NCBI GenBank assembly: GCA_016185425.1
Contig: JACPNQ010000035.1
Span: 1 to 64,000 of the forward strand
DNA from: Acidobacteriota bacterium
GTDB lineage: Bacteria > Acidobacteriota > Terriglobia > Bryobacterales > Bryobacteraceae
Direction of reading: 5' to 3'
DNA: 64,000 nucleotides
Made by a program: the position numbers and the translations under genes. Under the pieces are notes generated by a model. That model had not been told where the DNA came from. It made no database searches and worked only from the letters and a program-made list of their open reading frames with translations. Below, in pieces: positions 58,118 through 64,000 of this stretch (position 1 is its first letter; each line of letters opens with the position of its first letter).

Positions 58118-58360
58118 ATGCTGCAAACTGTTCAAATACTCATGGAAGATAAACCGGGCGTGTTGATGCGTGCGATCGGCGTCGTAACCGCGAAAGGCTT
58201 CAATATCATCTCCCTCTCCGTCGGGCCGGATCTGGAACGGCCGGGCGTGGCTTGCGCGACGCTTGTGGCCGATGTCGAAGACAGGCTGCACGCGCGAGTT
58301 GTGAACGAGCTTAACCGGCAGGTACAGGTACTGCGGGCGCGGGATTTGACCTCATGGTAA
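58118..58360 (+). CDS. Stand-alone ACT-domain protein resembling the acetolactate synthase small subunit (IlvN/IlvH/IlvM-like)
   Basis: 80 aa. LMEDKPGVLMRAIGVVTAKGFNIISLSV resembles the IlvH ACT fold. 7-nt overlap with ilvA. Confidence 0.55.
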   Translation: MLQTVQILMEDKPGVLMRAIGVVTAKGFNIISLSVGPDLERPGVACATLVADVEDRLHARVVNELNRQVQVLRARDLTSW

Positions 58361-59550
58361 ACCTTGCCGCCATCGAAGCCGCCACTGAGCGCATACGCTC
58401 CGAGATCTACCTTTCGCCGCTGGTTCACTCTAAGGAGCTATCGGCGATTTCCGGGAATGAGATTCATCTGAAGCTCGATAACCTGCAGATGACAGGCTCA
58501 TTCAAAGAACGCGGAGCGCTGCATCGGATTCTGACGCTCACCGGCCGGGAGATGGCGCGGGGCGTTGTGGCGGCTTCGGCCGGCAATCATGGACAGGCTG
58601 TCGCCTACCATGCGAGACGGCGTGGGATTCGCGCACAGATCTGGATGCCGCGGTATACGCCGCTTGTGAAGCTCTCGGCGACGCGGGCGTTTGGCGGGGA
58701 CGTCGTATTACACGGGAATAGCTACGACGAGGCTTATGAAGGTGCCGCGGCGCAGGATGCCACGTTTGTGCACGCGTTCGACGACGAAGCGGTGATCGCT
58801 GGGCAGGGAAGCCTGGGTCTGGAGATGATGAAGCAGAACCCGGAGCTCGACGTGATTGTCAGCGCGATAGGCGGCGGTGGGCTGATCTCCGGCGTGGCTT
58901 GCGCGGCGAAGGGGCGGAAGCCGGGCATTGAAGTTGTCGGCGTACAGACCTCCCGGCTGCCGTCGATGGCGGCGGCGTTGGAGCAGGGCGGGCCGGTTAC
59001 CGTGGCGGCCGGCTCTACACTGGCGGACGGCATTGCGGTGCGGTGCGCGGGGCGGTTGACGCTGCCGCTGGTGAAGGAGTTTGTGGACAGGGTAGTGACT
59101 GTGGATGAGGCCGACATTGCGGCGGCAATTCTGTATCTTCTGGAGCGGGAGAAGACGCTGGCGGAGGGGGCGGGTGCGATCGGCGTAGCGGCAGTGCTGC
59201 TTGGAAAAACGGGCCATCGCGGAAAAAAGATCGGCGTAATTGTGTCCGGCGGGAATCTGGATGTGAATCTGCTGGCGCGTATTATCGAGCAGGGGATGGT
59301 GCGCGACGGACGCCGGCTGCGGATCCGCGTCACGCTGCCGGACTACCCTGGTGCGCTGGAACGCTTGGCATCCGCCATTGCACGCGCAAACGCCAATATC
59401 GTTGAGACGCTGCACAATCGTGCGCACTACGGCGTCGGCCTGAGCGAAACGGCGATCGACATCACGATGGAGACGCGCGGGCGGGAGCACGCCGACGAGC
59501 TACTGCTGGGACTTGCCGCGGCGGGGTACGAGTACAGCGTGATTAACTAA
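58354..59550 (+). CDS. ilvA: Threonine ammonia-lyase (threonine dehydratase) with a C-terminal ACT-like regulatory domain
   Basis: PLP lysine motif (LQMTGSFKERGA), GNHGQAVA, and the glycine loop SAIGGGGLISG. About 398 aa. Confidence 0.9.
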   Translation: MVNLAAIEAATERIRSEIYLSPLVHSKELSAISGNEIHLKLDNLQMTGSFKERGALHRILTLTGREMARGVVAASAGNHGQAVAYHARRRGIRAQIWMPRYTPLVKLSATRAFGGDVVLHGNSYDEAYEGAAAQDATFVHAFDDEAVIAGQGSLGLEMMKQNPELDVIVSAIGGGGLISGVACAAKGRKPGIEVVGVQTSRLPSMAAALEQGGPVTVAAGSTLADGIAVRCAGRLTLPLVKEFVDRVVTVDEADIAAAILYLLEREKTLAEGAGAIGVAAVLLGKTGHRGKKIGVIVSGGNLDVNLLARIIEQGMVRDGRRLRIRVTLPDYPGALERLASAIARANANIVETLHNRAHYGVGLSETAIDITMETRGREHADELLLGLAAAGYEYSVIN

Positions 59551-59554
59551 AAGC

Positions 59555-60358
59555 ATGCGCCGGATGCTTGCCGGCTTACCGGCAGACGCCTGGGTACTGG
59601 ACTTAGGAAGCGCCTCCGGGAGTTTCCCCGAGTCGCTGACTGTGGGGCGTGTGGTGCGGCTCGACTTGGATCCGGTGCGAATGGGACCAGGAAGGGTGAT
59701 CCGCGGAGATGCGGCCCGGCTGCCGTTTGCCGATGGCTCGTTTGACGCGATTGTCGCGAACCATAGCCTGGAGCACTTTGTCGACCTGAATACGGCTCTG
59801 GCGGAGGTGGGGCGAGTGGTAAAACCGTGCGGCGCGATCTTTGTCTCCGTGCCCGACGCGAGCACTTTGACCGGCCGGCTATACCGTTGGCTGGCGCACG
59901 GGGGCGGACATGTGAACGCTTTTGTTGAGCCGATGGGGCTGGCGGATCACGTGACTCGAGCCACAGGGATGCCGTTACGCGGCATGACTGTGCTGCACTC
60001 GGGACTGTCGTTTTTGAACCGGAAGAACAGCGGGCGAATACCTCTGCGGCTGTTCCTGTTGGGCGGCGGGTTTGAGTGGACCCTGCAGACCGCGACGCAC
60101 CTTTTGCGATTAGTCGATTCGACAGCCGGTACACGGCTAAGTGTCTATGGATGGGCGTATTACTTTGGTTCGGTGACGGACCCGGAACTGGCGGAGATGT
60201 CGAATGTTCGCGTGCGCTGCGGCTCCGGGCACGGCGACGAGTGGCTGCGGGCGCAGTCACTCGTCCGGCGATTCTTATTGTGGCGGTATTATCGCTGCCC
60301 TGGCTGCCGCACGATGAATCTCTTCCTGTCCGAACCAGTTCGTACTATGAATTTATGA
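59555..60358 (+). CDS. Class I SAM-dependent methyltransferase (Methyltransf_11-like)
   Basis: VLDLGSASG motif I and DAIVANHSLEHF post-II/III region. Confidence 0.6.
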   Translation: MRRMLAGLPADAWVLDLGSASGSFPESLTVGRVVRLDLDPVRMGPGRVIRGDAARLPFADGSFDAIVANHSLEHFVDLNTALAEVGRVVKPCGAIFVSVPDASTLTGRLYRWLAHGGGHVNAFVEPMGLADHVTRATGMPLRGMTVLHSGLSFLNRKNSGRIPLRLFLLGGGFEWTLQTATHLLRLVDSTAGTRLSVYGWAYYFGSVTDPELAEMSNVRVRCGSGHGDEWLRAQSLVRRFLLWRYYRCPGCRTMNLFLSEPVRTMNL

Positions 60359-61278
60359 TTCAGTGGCTGGTTGCGGGTGTGGGCGATATTGCGACGCGGC
60401 GCGTGTTGCCGGCGATTCTGGCGGAGCCGAGGTCGCGACTTCGCGCAGTGGTGACGTCGCACCCTTCTAAGGCGGCCGCGATGGGTGTGCCCGGATACTC
60501 GACGCTGGAGGAGGGGCTGGCCGATCCCTTAGTGAATGCTTTATACGTAGCAACGCCGGTGGCGCTGCATCATCCATCGGTGTTGGCGGCGCTGCGCGCC
60601 GGAAAACACGTGCTTTGTGAGAAGCCGGCGGCGATGAACTACCAACAGGCGCAGGAGATGGCCGCCGCGGCGGAGGCGAGCGGGCTGGTTTGCGCGGTGG
60701 CATACTACCGGCGGCTCTATCCGAAGATCGTGGAGGCGAAACGGCTGATGGAAGCCGGGGCAATTGGAAAGCCGGTACTGGCCGAATTGAACTGTCACAG
60801 TTGGTTCAACCCCATAGACGGCCATCGCGCATGGCTGGTGGAGAGGAACCTGGCAGGCGGCGGTCCGCTGTACGATATCGCCTCGCACCGGATTGACCTG
60901 CTGCATTTTCTGTTCGGGAGGCCGGAGCGTGCGACGGGATTTGTATCGAAGGCGGTGCAGAAGTACGAAGTGGAGGACAACGCGACCGTCGTCGTGGACT
61001 TTGCAGAGGGGGTTCGAGGGGTTGTCGACGTTCGCTGGCACAGCCGCGTGGACCGGGACCAATGCCGGATCGTCGGAACGGACGGAGCGTTGGACCTGGA
61101 CCCCCTGAACGGACCAGAGTTGCGAACGCCGGCCGGGACTCTACACCTGCCGCCGCACGCGAATTTACACTACCCGATTGTTGAAGACTTCGTAGCGGCG
61201 GTATTAGACGGCGAAAAGCCCGCCTGTCCTATTGTGGAGGCTATCCAAACCGACTGGGTGACAAGCCAAATACGTTAG
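60355..61278 (+). CDS. Gfo/Idh/MocA-family NAD(P)-dependent oxidoreductase
   Basis: ATG at 60355 (ATGA overlap). Rossmann VAGVGDIATRRVLPAI, EKP motif (VLCEKPAAM), and a C-terminal dimerisation domain. Confidence 0.85.
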   Translation: MIQWLVAGVGDIATRRVLPAILAEPRSRLRAVVTSHPSKAAAMGVPGYSTLEEGLADPLVNALYVATPVALHHPSVLAALRAGKHVLCEKPAAMNYQQAQEMAAAAEASGLVCAVAYYRRLYPKIVEAKRLMEAGAIGKPVLAELNCHSWFNPIDGHRAWLVERNLAGGGPLYDIASHRIDLLHFLFGRPERATGFVSKAVQKYEVEDNATVVVDFAEGVRGVVDVRWHSRVDRDQCRIVGTDGALDLDPLNGPELRTPAGTLHLPPHANLHYPIVEDFVAAVLDGEKPACPIVEAIQTDWVTSQIR

Positions 61279-61331
61279 AATGAATAAGCGAAGGCCTGCC
61301 TTCACTCACTCCCCCAAATCCATTTATTCCC

Positions 61332-64000
61332 ATGTCGGACAGCACCAAGATCGACGTTAATAGTTGGCTCGAAGAAGAACTGTACCAGCAGTACCTGCAT
61401 AACCACTCGTTTGTCGATTCGAGCTGGCAGAGCGAGTTTGCCGCGCCAACGCACACCAACGGAGCGCCGGCCGCCGCCGCGCCTGCCGCCACGGCGGCGG
61501 TAGCGGAACCTCCGGCACCTATCGCGCAAGTAACGGCGCCGGCACCACCTCCGGCTGCCGCGCCCGCTGTTCCGCCAACTAATCAGCAAATTGCGAAGGC
61601 GGAGACCGCCTTACAGCCACAAGGCGGCTCCAAGGACGTCGATTCGTCCGAACAGTTGGTGCCGCTGCGCGGGACGGCGGCGCGCATTGCCGAGAACATG
61701 ATCCTTTCGCTGTCGGTGCCGACGGCGACGAGCCAGCGTTCGATTCCGGTGAAGGTGATCGACGAAAACCGCCGGATTATCAACCAGCACCGGACGTTGT
61801 TGGGCCTATCGAAGATCTCTTACACGCACCTGATCGGGTGGGCGATTGTGAAGTCGCTGGAATCGAACCCTTCGCTGAACTCCTCCTACACCGAGAACAA
61901 CGGCGAGGCCTTCAAGGTGGTGCGGAACCACATCAACCTGGGTCTGGCGATCGATCTGCCAGCGCGGGATGGCGGCCGTTCGTTGGTGGTGCCGAGCATC
62001 AAGAACGCGGGATCGCTGAGCTTTTCCGAATATCTGAAGGCATATGACGACCTGATCAACCGCGGGCGCAAGGGCAAGTTGGCGCTGCCGGATTTCCAGG
62101 GCACCACGCTCTCTTTAACGAACCCGGGCACGATCGGCACCGTGGGATCGATTCCGCGGCTGATGCCGGGACAAGGCTGCATTATTGCGACGGGTGCGAT
62201 GGACTTCCCGGCCGAATACCTGGGCGTTGCGCCGGAGATGCGCGCGATGCTGGGGATCGGGAAGGTGATGACGGTCACCTGTACGTACGATCACCGCATT
62301 ATTCAGGGCGCCGAGAGCGGCATGTTCCTGGCAAAGCTGCAGGGCCTATTGCAGGGCGAAGACAACTTCTACGAGGCGATCTTCACCAACCTGCGGATGC
62401 CGCACAAGCCGGTGAAGTGGGAGCCGGACCGCGCCGTGGCCCCGCGCCAGACGGCGATGCGGCAGGTAGAGATCAGCAAGGAATCGAGCATTCTGCAGTT
62501 GATCAACGCATACCGCGTGCGCGGGCATCTGATTGCGGACCTGGATCCGTTGGGTTCGGAGTCGAACTATCACCAGGAGTTGGATCCCGCCTACTACGGG
62601 CTGACGATTTGGGACTTGGACCGCGAGTTTGTGACCGGTTCACTGGGTCAGGCGATCGGCGAAGGCGCGGCGCACATGGTGACCACGCTGCGGGAGATTC
62701 TGGAAACACTGCGGCAGACCTACTGCGGGAAGGTCGGCGCGGAGTTCATGTACATCCAGTCCCCGGAACAGAAATCGTGGCTGCAGCAGCGGCTGGAGAC
62801 CAACCACTACGCGCTTTCGGCGGCAGATCGTCTGCGGATTCTGGAGCGGCTGCACGAAGCGGAAGGGTTTGAATCGTTCCTGGGGACGCGGTTTGTGGGA
62901 ACAAAGCGGTTCGGCCTGGAGGGCGGCGAGTCGGCGATTGCGATCATCGACGAGATCTGCGAGCGCGCGGCCGACGGCGCGGTGCACGAAATTGTAATCG
63001 GCATGGCGCACCGCGGCCGATTGAATGTTCTGACGAACATCATCGGCAAGAAGCCCGAACAGATTCTTTCGGAGTTTGAAGGCAACCCAACCGAGGGCAC
63101 GACACAGGGATCGGGCGACGTGAAGTACCACCTGGGCGCCAGCGGAGTGCGGCGTGCGGCGTCGGCACGGGAGATTGTGGTCAGCCTGGCGCCGAATCCC
63201 TCGCACCTGGAAGCGGTAAACCCGGTGGTGGAAGGCGTTGTGCGGCCGAAGCAGGACCGGCTGGGCGATTTGAAGCGCGAACGGGTAATTCCGCTGCTGA
63301 TTCATGGGGACGCGGCGTTTGCAGGGCAGGGCGTTGTTGCTGAGACGTTGAATATGTCGCAGCTTGACGGATACACGACCGGCGGCACGATTCACCTGGT
63401 GATCAACAACCAGATCGGGTTTACGACGCGGCCGGATGACAGCCGCAGCTCGATCTATGCAACCGATATAGCGCGCGCGGTGGACGCGCCTGTCTTCCAT
63501 GTGAATGGCGACGATCCGGAAGCCTGTTTGCATGTGGCGCGATTCGCGTATGAGTTCCGGCAGAGGTTTAAGAAGGACGTCGTGATCGACATGATCTGCT
63601 ACCGCCGGCATGGGCATAACGAAGCCGACGATCCGAGCTACACACAGCCGATCATGTACCGCAAGATCAAGGCGCATCCGAGCGTGGCGACGTTGTATTC
63701 GGAGCGGATGGTGCGCGAGAAGCTGGTCACGCAGGAAGAGGTCGATCGGATCAGGAAGTCGATCAACCTGCGGCTGAGCGACGCGCATGCGCGGGCGCAG
63801 CAGAGCGCGGGACAGTTGGAGTATCAGGAGCTGGCCGTTGTGGACGAAGTGGATGTGCGACGGCAGATTCCGCAGACGGCGGCGGACATCGGAACCCTGC
63901 AGCGCGTGATCAATGGGTCGACTTCGTTTCCTGAAGACTTTCATGTGCATCCAAAGCTGAAAAAGTTCCTGGATACGCGGCTGCAGATTCTGGAAGGCGG
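61332..64000 (+). CDS. kgd: Multifunctional 2-oxoglutarate dehydrogenase E1 component with a fused N-terminal E2-like acyltransferase domain (Kgd/OdhA type); 3'-partial
   Basis: Hand translation. The N-terminus (WLEEELYQQY, VPLRGTAARIAENMILSLSVPTATSQRS, LGLAIDL, TYDHRIIQGAESG) is nearly collinear with mycobacterial Kgd. It continues into E1o motifs (GMAHRGRLNVL, IHGDAAFAGQGVV, CYRRHGHNEAD). Runs off the window end. Confidence 0.9.
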   Translation, partial: MSDSTKIDVNSWLEEELYQQYLHNHSFVDSSWQSEFAAPTHTNGAPAAAAPAATAAVAEPPAPIAQVTAPAPPPAAAPAVPPTNQQIAKAETALQPQGGSKDVDSSEQLVPLRGTAARIAENMILSLSVPTATSQRSIPVKVIDENRRIINQHRTLLGLSKISYTHLIGWAIVKSLESNPSLNSSYTENNGEAFKVVRNHINLGLAIDLPARDGGRSLVVPSIKNAGSLSFSEYLKAYDDLINRGRKGKLALPDFQGTTLSLTNPGTIGTVGSIPRLMPGQGCIIATGAMDFPAEYLGVAPEMRAMLGIGKVMTVTCTYDHRIIQGAESGMFLAKLQGLLQGEDNFYEAIFTNLRMPHKPVKWEPDRAVAPRQTAMRQVEISKESSILQLINAYRVRGHLIADLDPLGSESNYHQELDPAYYGLTIWDLDREFVTGSLGQAIGEGAAHMVTTLREILETLRQTYCGKVGAEFMYIQSPEQKSWLQQRLETNHYALSAADRLRILERLHEAEGFESFLGTRFVGTKRFGLEGGESAIAIIDEICERAADGAVHEIVIGMAHRGRLNVLTNIIGKKPEQILSEFEGNPTEGTTQGSGDVKYHLGASGVRRAASAREIVVSLAPNPSHLEAVNPVVEGVVRPKQDRLGDLKRERVIPLLIHGDAAFAGQGVVAETLNMSQLDGYTTGGTIHLVINNQIGFTTRPDDSRSSIYATDIARAVDAPVFHVNGDDPEACLHVARFAYEFRQRFKKDVVIDMICYRRHGHNEADDPSYTQPIMYRKIKAHPSVATLYSERMVREKLVTQEEVDRIRKSINLRLSDAHARAQQSAGQLEYQELAVVDEVDVRRQIPQTAADIGTLQRVINGSTSFPEDFHVHPKLKKFLDTRLQILEG

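Noticed and set aside
1-64000. rRNA, tRNA, riboswitch (cobalamin near pduO, TPP, SAM) or integrase/transposase features
   Set aside because: Nothing recognisable by eye. pduO has essentially no 5' UTR (the neighbouring divergent gene starts 19 bp away). No tRNA-like cloverleaf segments were noticed in the few non-coding gaps.

Overview
High-GC (~62-65%) chromosomal segment. It is gene-dense on both strands and has many 4-bp overlapping (translationally coupled) gene junctions. The content looks Acidobacteria-like; this is an inference from the Oar-type CarboxypepD_reg TonB-dependent receptor, the many TPR and Tat-secreted proteins, and the BlaI/BlaR1 pair. I saw no rRNA, tRNA, CRISPR, transposase or integrase, so this is core chromosome rather than a mobile island. 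Confident housekeeping calls are transaldolase, FAH hydrolase, hslVU, nadB, aroB, ubiE/menG, panB-panC, proS, dut, alr, ilvA, and a Kgd/OdhA-type 2-oxoglutarate dehydrogenase with a fused E2-like domain that runs off the window end. Accessory content, in window order: a PQQ dehydrogenase-LytS-like kinase-LytTR regulator-HpcH aldolase operon divergent from a di-heme cytochrome c; an ATP-grasp/CN-hydrolase pair and a PduO adenosyltransferase; an EamA transporter with a TPR tail; a flotillin/DUF3592/CbrC cluster; a tandem-domain ThyX-like protein beside dut; a sigma54 activator; a TetR-regulated FtsX/ABC pair whose ATPase is 3'-truncated; a BlaI-BlaR1 pair next to an Oar-like TonB-dependent receptor, with C-terminal poly-proline tails; a MerR-YnfA unit with a textbook MerR dyad operator; and a 4xGT2+GT4 glycosyltransferase cluster. 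The most distinctive non-coding signal is a 9-codon Ile-rich leader ORF plus an intrinsic terminator upstream of ilvA, a candidate Ile attenuator. The supplied ORF track uses TTG/GTG as well as ATG starts (shown as M), so several starts were re-derived by hand. I found no single compelling novel multi-gene system and scored the individual oddities modestly.
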